NCBI GenBank assembly: GCA_026023565.1
Contig: JAPETS010000003.1
Location: 558,001-622,000, forward strand
Source of the DNA: Cirrosporium novae-zelandiae
Lineage: Eukaryota
Length of the DNA: 64,000 bases
Direction of reading: 5' to 3'
Positions 11,812-22,305 of the stretch are shown here, one piece after another. Under the pieces are notes generated by a model, which saw nothing but the letters and a program-made list of their open reading frames with translations, made no database searches and had not been told where the DNA came from. The translations under genes were made by a program, and so were the position numbers. Positions within the stretch are counted from its first letter, which is position 1, and each line of letters starts with the position of its first letter.

Positions 11812-13107
11812 GGCCGCGCGGACCATGAATAGAAGCAGTATTCTTAATGAGTCTATACAACGAGGTATCTAAGGCGATATAACGATATCCAATCCATAAC
11901 ACCCACTTCAGAATGTGCAGATGTGGAGCTATTAATACTATTAGTCTAGTCGTTTTGGGGAATATAGGCGCATTACTCCCAAGTCACAAAAAATGAGGAA
12001 AACGTGAAAGGCGCTTCAAAATTAGGGACACAAACAAGAGAAGGGGCCAAAGGGGGGTCAAAAAATACAGAATATTGACGATGAAGTAGGGAGTTGGTTT
12101 AGCAATAATGCATCCCGTTTACTACACTGGGGAATTTAACATGATGAAGAAACGCAAATATTGGATCATGGTATGACAAGAGTGTTCTCCTACACGGAGG
12201 AGGTGAGAAGCATGCCTGTATGCTTAAGATTCCATAACGAGGGATAGCAATACGCGTGGCAGAACCATTTGAGCACGTTATCCGTTATCTGGGTTGGTCG
12301 AGGAAACTATTGTTTGAAGGGCATCTGAAGAGTTTCTTAATATGGAAATTGTTTTGTTCGGGTGTCTAACTCCCGGAGTCAATAATTACTTTGTTTAGTG
12401 GCCGATCAATGATGCAAGAAAGGCCAAGACCCGAGGGGGAGACAATAACCCGAATAGCGCGTGAGGGAGGAGAGCCTAAACGCGATAAGAAGCGATAAGC
12501 GACAGTCCATGCGCATGTCGCCTATGAAGATTGTGAATATTGTGAATATTGTGAAAGTTGTACGTTATGCCGCCAGCTTAATGCAAGATACTAACTGATT
12601 AATTCCACATGAAAGCGATACTGGTGATACTTGCCAAGATAAAGTCCAATTTATCTGAAGATTCCAACTGTTTTAGTCTTCCCAGTCCATTGGCCCCCAC
12701 CATTGTTTATTGCACGGTAGGATCATGAAAACAGCCGTCCAGCGGGTTAGTGCAATCAATCAATTAAGCATCCAGTAGCATCCCCCCATATCTAAATCCA
12801 GGCACGGAGACCGTCGTTCCAACAAAACTACGAAACACTGAACAGGAAAACAATTCGTGGCCTCTGTTTTATCTCTCACAGGGAACAAAACTAATCGTTA
12901 TATAGAACCATCATGTCGCACAAAAGTAAAATCTCTTTTTTTCTTCCGTCGTCCCCTCTTCATCCCTTCATTTTTGTCTTGGTTGACCGACAAAAATCCT
13001 TGCCTCTTTTTTTGTTTGCAGATTGCTTTTTGCGATATCAATCATTCTTTTTTGCGATTCAAGTGCCACTCGCTAGCTATTGATACACTTTGCAAAATAA
13101 CATAATC

Positions 13108-14257
13108 ATGTTCTCCAAATGTCTTCCAATTGCCTTGGCGCTGGTCGCCACCGCAAATGCCGCCCTGACCTACACGGGTCATGACCTTTCTTCGCTGAAA
13201 CTCATGGAAGATGGTCAGGGTGCTAATTTTTACACCGAGGACGGAACTTCATCCAGTGCTGAGGATATCCTCGGCGATGGTGGCATGAACGCCGTGCGAC
13301 TTCGGTAAGAAATTTCTATCAACATAATATTATTCAAGTCCCTAACAACCCTCCCCCCTTAGTCTCTGGACCGGCTCTGGCCTCTATGACCTCGACTACA
13401 CCCTCACCCTCGCCGAGCGCTTCTACACCGCAGGCTACGATATCTACTTAGATCTCCATCTCTCCGACACCTGGGCCGACCCAGACTCGCAAGAAATCCC
13501 ATCCGCGTGGCCCTCGGACGACATCGATGACCTCGCCTCGACTCTCCAAGACTACGTCTCCTCAACCCTCGAATCATTCTCTGATGCCGGCGTAGACGTG
13601 TCCATCCTATCCATCGGCAACGAAATCTCCTCCGGCTTCCTGTTCCCGCTCGGAGAAATCTCCGACGATGACTTCTCAGGCTTCGCTACCCTCTTTGCCG
13701 CTGCACGCGCCGGCGTCGATGATGCCGTCTCTGCCGGTGTGTCGAAACCGGATGTTATGATCCATCTGAACAACGGATACGATGAGTCGCTACAGACATG
13801 GTTCTACGAGGGCCTTGTGGGTACCGGCACCGTCTCCACCGACGACTGGGACGTCTTCGGCGTGTCCTTCTACCCCTTCTACGGTACCGACGCCACGCTC
13901 GATAACCTCCAAACCACCCTCACGACCCTCTCCTCGACATACGGAAAGCCAATGTATGTTGCCGAGACCGATTGGCCCGAAGAGTGCTCCGGCGTCACGC
14001 TCTCCGAATCTTCAATTGCAGTTTCCGCCGAGGGTCAGACCACCTGGGTTGACGACATTATCGAGGTTCTCGAGGCTGTTGATAACGGCGCTGGCATCTT
14101 CTACTGGGAACCAGCATTCATCAACAACACCGCACTCGGCAGCAGCTGCGATGATGCTATTCTGTTTGATGTGGATTGGAGTGATTGGCCCGAGACTACG
14201 GTTACAGCCAGGAGCAGTGTAGATATGTATGCCAGCTCCGGAGCTAGCTCCTGCTAG
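13108..14257 (+). CDS. galA: Secreted GH53 arabinogalactan endo-beta-1,4-galactanase; intron 13305..13362
   Basis: Signal peptide; VRLRLW, YLDLHLSDTWADP, SIGNEI (acid/base Glu), GVSFYPFY, VAETDWP (nucleophile Glu), GIFYWEPA. Confidence 0.93.
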
Positions 14258-15818
14258 ATGGGATGGTATGGTCGTGAGATGAGGTTGAGGGACGTGTGGG
14301 GAGGATATATCAAGCTAGGGTAGGGATATATTTGTGAAGTTGTTTTCATCCCTGTATATAATATATACGTTATTTATATGTTAATTTTGATTGGCCGATT
14401 ATTATATCCCGTAATAACTATCTAACATAAATCACTCATCAATCATATAAAGGAAGAGAAATCTCTTAATCCCATCTATGTGACATGTAAATTTGCACAA
14501 GGGGGGGGGGTGGTTTGCATGCAAAATATAAACAACTGATTGCGACTTATTAAGTTCAAGTATTAAAGGATAAACGGATCTGTCTAATCGAGCTCGAGAG
14601 GAATATATACAATCCTAGGGAGGCTAGCTAGCTAGTAAGCAAGCAAGCAAAGGTTGTGGTCAGGGGAAAGCAAATCTATGTGCAAGGTAGTAGTTGGTTG
14701 TATTTTCTACACTAAATATCTATCTATCTATGGCTCCTTTCGTTTGGCGGGGGTATATAGTCTCTCTATGTACCCGATATACAAAACCAAGCAAACAGGG
14801 TAAGCACTCGCTCTGGGGGAAACAACGAACAGATGAATAGACTAAGGGAAACAAACAAACAAACAAACAAACAAATGAATCGACAAGGAGGGGGCAACTC
14901 TGCCCTACCCTGCCCTGCTCTGCCCTGCCCTGCAATCCGTACCAGAGGGCCTTTAAAATTGAAATTGTTATTGGACTTTGTTTTTGAAGAAGGCCTTCCT
15001 TCTCAAAGGATCCTAGAATATATTAAAAATATATATATATATATATATTTTTTTTTTGTTTGAAGAAGGCCTCTTTAGGAAACTAGTCTTATGGTTTGGT
15101 TTGGTTAAGGTCTTTATACGCATCGCACCGTATCGCACCGCACCGCACTGCACCGCACCGCAACAATCTCTATGGGATTATGTTTGATAATAATGATGAG
15201 TGGTGGTGTGTGTGTGTGTGGGTAGGGGTGAGATAAGTGGAGTAGATTAGATTAGATAAATAAATAGATAAATAGATAGATAGACTAGGGAGATGGAATC
15301 TTTAGTTCGAGATATACTCGAGTAGAACTTGACGGGTATGTTTATTTATTTATGTATATATGTATATACGTATGTATGTATGTATGTATAGCAACGATAA
15401 CCTAGCTTTAGGACTTACTTAGGGCATGTAATCCAGTATAATACATAATACATAATATATAGAATAACCTTCCCACAAACAAGAATACAAATCCTCACTC
15501 CTTCCAATTAATTAATTAATTACACGCATTAAGATAAAAACCATCCATCCATCCATCCAATTGAAATCAATTATTAGGCGTGTCTTGCCTGTTTGCCTAC
15601 CTACCTGCCTGTCTGTTTATCTATCTAATCTATGTAATCATCATGAGCAGGGGAAATGCAAATCCTATACTTTTCCTAGTGAGTAAAAAAAAAAAACCCC
15701 CTCCCAAAAGCGCCCCCCCCCGCTATTGTTCCGTATTTATAAATGAGCAAGTTTTTTTCTCCTCTCTCATCCCCCACCTATCCACCCACACACACAAAAA
15801 AAAAGAAAAGAAAAAAGA

Positions 15819-16694
15819 CTAATGCATCAACAAGCCCCCCCCCTTCCCCTGCTCCCACCCCCTAGCACTCTCCAACACATTCCCCCAATACCTCAACCGA
15901 ACCGTCTCAGCCCTCGCGCCCTCCAAATCATCAACCCGAAACGCCTCCTCCAAAACCCTCAAGCTCCTTTGCTCCCTCTCCTCGACCCTCCTCTTCAAGC
16001 CCTCCAAATCCTCCTCGCTCTCCGCGCTCTCAATCTCCTCCCGCATCTCCATAACCTCCATCAGCAACGCCATATCATCCACTTTCCCCGCTTCGTCTCC
16101 GACGTCGATGCCGCGGAGGGAGAGCAGGTACTGGGCGCGGTGGAGTGGCGAGCAGAGGGTTTTGTAGGCGTCGTTGATGTGGGCGGACATGGCTTCGGCG
16201 CGCGCTTTTAGCGGGCCCGGGTGTCGGTCTGGGTGTGCGGAGGCTTGGAGCCGGAGGAATTCGTTGCGCATGCTGCGTACGTCGATGTGGAAGGGCCCGT
16301 GGGGAGGAGGGCCTGAGGGGATGGATTGAGGGAATAGGTCGTAGTGGGTTCGTGGGAGGAGGGATTCTTTCATGGGCGGTGGGGGGTTTGGGAGAGTGGT
16401 GGTCGGGTTTGGGGAGGAGGCTGGCGCGGAGCGTTTTGAGGAGGTGGATGCTTGGCGCATTGAGGACGGGGGTGAGAGGGTCTGGGAGAGTCGTAATCGG
16501 CAGGAGGGGCAGATGGTGCGGTTTGGGAGGAGGGTAGATGGCGAGGTGCTGCTGCTTGTGGATATGCGGCGTGGCGAGACGGGGGAGATTTTGCCGGTGG
16601 TGGTGGAGGAATAGCACCGTCTCAGGGCAGCGGTAGAACGACGCATTGTAGGTTGCTTGTTTGTCGGTCCTAGGCGACACAGAAATTTATGCAT
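15819..16694 (-). CDS. JAC1: Mitochondrial Fe-S cluster co-chaperone HscB/Jac1
   Basis: Ser/Arg-rich presequence; J-domain with HPD; INDAYKTL.SPL.RAQYLL; LLMEVMEMRE and RLRYW C-terminal domain. Confidence 0.92.
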   Translation of the reverse strand: MHKFLCRLGPTNKQPTMRRSTAALRRCYSSTTTGKISPVSPRRISTSSSTSPSTLLPNRTICPSCRLRLSQTLSPPSSMRQASTSSKRSAPASSPNPTTTLPNPPPPMKESLLPRTHYDLFPQSIPSGPPPHGPFHIDVRSMRNEFLRLQASAHPDRHPGPLKARAEAMSAHINDAYKTLCSPLHRAQYLLSLRGIDVGDEAGKVDDMALLMEVMEMREEIESAESEEDLEGLKRRVEEREQRSLRVLEEAFRVDDLEGARAETVRLRYWGNVLESARGWEQGKGGGLLMH

Positions 16695-16984
16695 TTGGGT
16701 TTTGTTTATAATATGGAGAGTTGGGAAATTTATTTGATTTAAAGGTGGTGGTGGTGTTATCTTGAGGGCGTTTTGTAGCTTGGCAAAGAGGTATTTTATG
16801 TCAAGATGAAGTCATTTACCGAGATCCCCTTTCGGATATAATGGGGGGCTCGGCCGATGTTGGCATTTTACCGACAGGCCGATCGGACTTCATCACCAAT
16901 GAAATCCGTAAAATAATTTACTTATTCCGACGTATATCTGTATTTACTTCGCTATACTATGTACGAGGTATAGTCGATACATCT

Positions 16985-19006
16985 TCATCGATCATTCCCG
17001 TCAATAACAAATTTGTCGCTTACTGACTCTCTAAGCGCATATTTCGAATCAAAACGATTCGAATCCAACACCCGTCTTTCTCTTCCACATTCTTTATCCC
17101 AAGCCTCGAGTCGCGCAGCATATCTCGACTGGACAATATTCATTTGTTCTGTCAGCATCCAAGGTGCATCAAGCTTGTCCAAAATGACCTCGAGTAATTG
17201 TGGACAGTCATTAGCTTGGAAGTGAGGATCTTCCAAGACTATATCCAACTCCTCAAAGGTTCGGACGACATAGCTCCGAGATTCACGAGCACCGAAGAAT
17301 TTCAGCATGTTTTGATAGTCCCATGCTTCGGCGATGTTGTTGTACTGCCGAGCTGGTCCATGGATAATGCGGTCGATGGTGTAGCCACGATTGTTGATCA
17401 AGACTATCGTCGGTCGAAAGCCATGTCGGATGACAGTGCTGAGCTCCTGTTTCTTCTTAGCTCTGACCCTTTCCCGTGGTGTTATGGTAGCTAGTGTACC
17501 TGGACGGTCATATGCAAGCTGCCATCGCCTATGAATAGAATGGTTCGACCCGTTGTTCCTTGCTCTCTTCCCGCAACCAAAGCGCCAAGAAGAGCGCCCA
17601 CCGTGAACCCGGTACAGGTGTAATAGATCTGGGTAATGAATTGACACCCCTTTTGTAGGTGAAAATCTAGAGTCCCGTATTGAGCAGAACCGGCTTCTGC
17701 GATAATACAGTCATTCGGCTTCAGCCATTGGTCAAACCTCTTCCAGAGATTGTGCTGCTCAAGTGCACCTATCGGTACTGGTTCCTTGACACGGGTTGTG
17801 GTCTATGGAAATAATTTAAGTTAGCTGTTCATCTTAGAACATAGGCTTAACCTGCCTCGTGGACCGCCCTATTCTTGATTTTAATCTTCTGCTCTCTAAG
17901 TAGAGTGACAACCTTTCTGAGAATTGGCACAAAGTGCAACCCCATTATGCAGTCGCCTTTGATCGAGATATACTCAGGATGGAACAAAATTGAATTTTGA
18001 GGAACTAACTTTTGGGACCAGCCACCTGTGTTTGAAACAGAAGGTAGGGGGCCAATGTGCAGGACCAAGTCGGAGCTTTCCATATAGTCTTTGGCGAGTC
18101 TGGACGGACTTAGCTCCCCGTTGTATAAACCAATAAAGTTTGGACATGTTTCATCTACAGCCGACTTTGCTAATGGGGTTACTGATGTCTGGAGGGTACG
18201 TGAGTTCTTGTAAGAGCTGGGATAGCATGAAAATTACTGAATTGACTTACCGGGAGGTTGGTTGCCTCTAACATGTCTGCAACTAGACCTGTAGCCCCGT
18301 ACCGGTGGGCTAGGACATCAACGAGAATAGCTGGTTGTACTGCTTTCTCTAGATGCTTTAAAATCAAAGCAGTGATACCATCTTCCATCTCTTCATGACC
18401 ACTATTTCTAATCTCAAGATCCAAGGGACGAGCCAGGCGAGCGGGGTCGATAAGAATATCAGGAACATCCATAGGAACAAAGAGGTAGGTTGGCTGCCTA
18501 GTCTTGACTGCTGTTCTGATAATACGATCAATTTCAAGGGTAAATGTTGCATCATTCGTTAGAAATGCCGTTTCCTTTCGTACCGGCTCAGACATTGCTT
18601 GGAAGGTAGTATGATCCCAATTTTCGCCAAGGGTGTGATTGGTCATTATCCGATCGTGTTGTTGCAGTCTGGATGTGGTACCAACAATATGAATGATGGG
18701 TATATGCTCACTGTAAGCGGCCGCAATACCGTTAATTGCAGATAGCTCGCCAACACCATATGTTGTGACTAAAACCCCTGGGACCCCACGAATGCGAGCA
18801 TAGCCATCAGCAGAATAGGCCGCATTGAGCTCGTTACAGGTTCCTATCCATTTCATCAAAGGGACAGTGTAGAGGTGATCCAGCAAGTTGAGGTTGAAAT
18901 CTCCTGGACAGCCAAACACATGTCTGATACCGAGCTGATAAATCCGATAAAAAATATATGCGCCGACAGTGATCTTGCTAGGTAGTAGATCTTGTTCAGT
19001 AGCCAT
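16985..19006 (-). CDS. ThDP-dependent 2-oxoacid decarboxylase of the pyruvate/indolepyruvate decarboxylase family, atypical active site; introns 18189..18250, 17803..17855 (GC-AG), 17447..17499
   Basis: FGCPGDFNL, WIGTCNELNAAYSADGYAR, TTYGVGELSAINGIA, ThDP motif GDGSLHMTVQE...NNRGYTI; spliced frame is continuous. Confidence 0.88.
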
Positions 19007-19784
19007 CGAGGGTCTACCTTTTGCAACAACGCGGTGAATGATAAAAAATAATTGATGTCTCTTGAGGTCTACATCAGCAAGATATAGATCCACCGTTGAC
19101 TTTTAAACCCCAACTTCTTCGATGCATGCCTGATCGGCATGGAAACCATTAGAAGAGAAATAGAAGACTCTGGAATTCGTCACTACCTTTACACGTAACA
19201 TCGCAATCATACACCAATGTTCTTAATGATGATTGATGACATAGCTGATCACAGTGAACATATAGGAATATAATCTGAATATAGCATTGTAGAGACGCTA
19301 GATAGCAGATTTATGGCATCTCCTATGAGAAAGGTTGAATAAATTAATTAGCCATCGGCTTGATAAGACTGGGAAAATATTGTTGACTCCAATAACGGCT
19401 CTGTTCTATAGAGGAGGGATGATCATAGTGGGCTTGTAATTATATCCACCAATATTGAGGCAGCGGGATGAATCTTGATTCTCATCACTGTGTTACATGA
19501 ATTTCAAATCATCTTCCTCCGTCCGGTATGACGTCATGATTCGGTTGCTCATCGGACTAATCTTCCGGATTTTTCGGGTCCGCGAGCCGGTTTCGACGGC
19601 CCGGGTTCCAAATGTTATCCCGACTTCGGCGATGGAGAAACCCCCACATAACCCTCAAAATATCGTTGTCTTTTGTACCGCCTTCTTATCATCAATTGAT
19701 CAATTTATGCGTTTATGCAATAGAAAACATAGGACTCTGCCTTATCATTGGCCATCTAGCATCAGGTAGTTACATTTGAGTCTA

Positions 19785-20682
19785 TTACTCGAACACATAT
19801 TTGTTCTTAATTGAGCCAATATCTGAGATGCTGATCTCCACAACATCTCCATCATGAAGCCAAGCTGGAGGTTTCCTAAAGGCAGCGACGCCGCTAGGAG
19901 TGCCGGTCATGATAGCAGTTCCTCTCCGCAAAGTCACACCCCTGCTTAGGTGACGAATTATATCTCTAACGGAGAATAAAAGATCACCTGTGCTTGAGGA
20001 TTGGCGTTTCTCCCCATTAACCGTTGTCTTCAACTGGAGCTTGGAAGGATCTGGTATCATACTCGTAGATGCAATGACTGGCCCAAGAGGAGCAAACTTA
20101 TCAAAGGACTTGGCATACCCATGTTGATTTCCCGAAGTCTCGGGAGTTTGCCAGAACCGACAGGAGACATCGTTTCCGACCGTGTATCCGAGCACATAGT
20201 CAAGTGGATCCTCATCTGGACCAATATTTTTGCAGTCCTTGCCAATGATAGCAGTTAATTCGCCCTGGCAAAGAAATCGGCATAAGCATTAAGAAGATAG
20301 TTTTGAGGGAGTGTGGTCTCAGTACCTCGTAGTCCATGGTGGCTTGACATTCTTTGTTTACTGTAATGTCTTCAAAAGGACCAGCCAGTGCATCTGGAGG
20401 CTTGGTAAAGACCGTTGGATATTTCGGTGTAGGAAAACCACATTCCTCAATATGATGCTTATAATTCAAGCCAATTCCGTAGATAAAGGGTGTCGTCGGT
20501 AAAGGGCTCAACATTTCAGCAACCTTGGCCTTTGCATCAGAGGGACTCAGATCCCAAGGATAATCTCCCGTATATACAGATACGGTTTTCCCAACCAAGT
20601 CTGAGTCTACTGGAGCTTCACCATAGAGAACTTTCCCCTGCGGATCCTTGAATCTGATCAATCGGTTGAATGAGGTCTTCAT
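19785..20682 (-). CDS. Fumarylacetoacetate-hydrolase (FAH) family protein; intron 20265..20325
   Basis: GIGLNYKHH, VFTKP, DYE|GEL, GYTVGNDVS.R, KSFDKFAPLGP, IMTGTPSGV. Confidence 0.92.
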
Positions 20683-20920
20683 GGTGGAAGATGGATCAAT
20701 TGCTGGGGGAAATGACAATGAGCAGAATATGAAAAGCAAAGATGCATAATGAGGTGTGTTGAGTGACCTTAAGAAGAAATTTGCTATCTATGATCTTTTC
20801 CAGTATAATCAAGCATTTGACGGGGTTTCGGCATCGATGTTCGGAATGTGGGCGCAAGAAATGATAATTGCCTTGGTAGAGGAGTAACTGTCGCTGTAAA
20901 AAGGTTATTCCGCCGAAACT

Positions 20921-20981
20921 AACCCCAGGTGCCCAACCCCAGGTGCCCAGTCCCGGGTGCCCAGGCCCGGGCGTGCCGGGG
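20921..20981. repeat. Four degenerate 14-bp tandem units (AACCCCAGGTGCCC) upstream of the FAH gene, containing SYGGRG matches
   Basis: Units at 20921 and 20935 (identical), 20949 and 20963; CCCCAG is the reverse complement of CTGGGG, which fits the CreA consensus. Confidence 0.6.
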
Positions 20982-21222
20982 TGGTGGTGGTGGTGGTGGG
21001 CGCTGTGGGGGTACGGTACGATGTGTTACGGTAAACTTTCTCGGAGCGAAGAATTAAATTTATCCTCAACTTCTTCTGTTTCCAACTTCACTATTTCATT
21101 GCAATTGTACACCGTGCATCTAAATTGCAGAGCTCACAATATGCTTGCAGAGGAAGGCTCCATAACGTTATCTTGATTGATCTTTGAATACCGATGCACT
21201 ACTAATCGTGAGGAATATTTAT

Positions 21223-22305
21223 TCATGTGCTCGAGAATGGAACACCACGCTCCTTGCTCAATATCGCTTGAATCGGCTGATACACCCTGTCAAGCGCTTC
21301 TTGAGGAACTTTCGATCCTTCAACCATGTTTTCAGCATCCCCCCCTGGAGGGGAAATGTTCCAAAGAGGGATCACTCTGGTCCCTAGCTTGGACATCTCA
21401 AACACAGTACCACCTCCATATTTACCATCCTCAATGACATGAGCGATTCCTTCGGCAACCTCTTCACTAGAAATAGCTATACTGTCGTCGTACCCGTATC
21501 TTTCCATAACCTCCGGCCGGCTTGTCCACAATGGGGTTCTAACGATGCTATTAAGAATCATGTCAGTCAACCTTAATTGAAGTACCTAATGATTCGAGAG
21601 TCATAAATTGATGGAAACCTACCCTGGGCATATTGCGACAACCTTGATACCCTCAACAGCATCAGCATCGGCCATCGATCGTGTGAATCCAACGAGCGCG
21701 TGCTTCGTGGCACTGTAAAGCGGGGTTGCATATATTCCTGTGTATCCAGCGATCGAGGACATGATTGCAACAACGCCTTTTTTGCTTTTACTTAAAAGGG
21801 CTTTCATTGCAATCCGTGTCAGCTTGATAGGATGATTCACATTTATATCGACGATAGCGTATCGATCATCTTCGGTGTTATTCCAAAAATTTGACCAGGT
21901 CTAGACCTCCATCGTCAGATATTATTCAAGCTACCAGAAAATAAATCATGGATAGGTATAAATCATACTGGCTCAAATATCCCGGCACCCGCAACATATA
22001 CATCCGGAACGTCCTGAAAAAGCTTCTCGGATACTGTGATTAGATTCTGAAGGTCATCCCATTTTCCAACGTCGCAAGGCTGAAAGACGACCCCAGGTTG
22101 TATGAAGTCCTCGGCCTCTTTAGTGAGGCATAAGTCTGCAATGATGACTTTGGCTCCCTTGGCATGGGCTATACGACAGAATTCGAGATGAATTCCTAGA
22201 GATACATTAGCAAAATTTCTGCAGTAATCCTTTTCTTTTCTTGCCTGAGCCTCCCCCAGTCACCAAAACGATCTTGTCTTTCAACGAAAAATCACCGACG
22301 ACCAT
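21223..22305 (-). CDS. Classical short-chain dehydrogenase/reductase (15-PGDH-like); introns 22196..22244 (GC-AG), 21901..21968, 21548..21622
   Basis: VLVTGGGSG|I Rossmann motif, IIADL, CDV, AGAGIFEP, MSSIAG, YSATK catalytic YxxxK, ICPG.V.TPLW. Confidence 0.9.

Noticed and set aside
15822..16680. Several overlapping ORFs across JAC1
   Set aside because: Low-complexity products of local C/G skew
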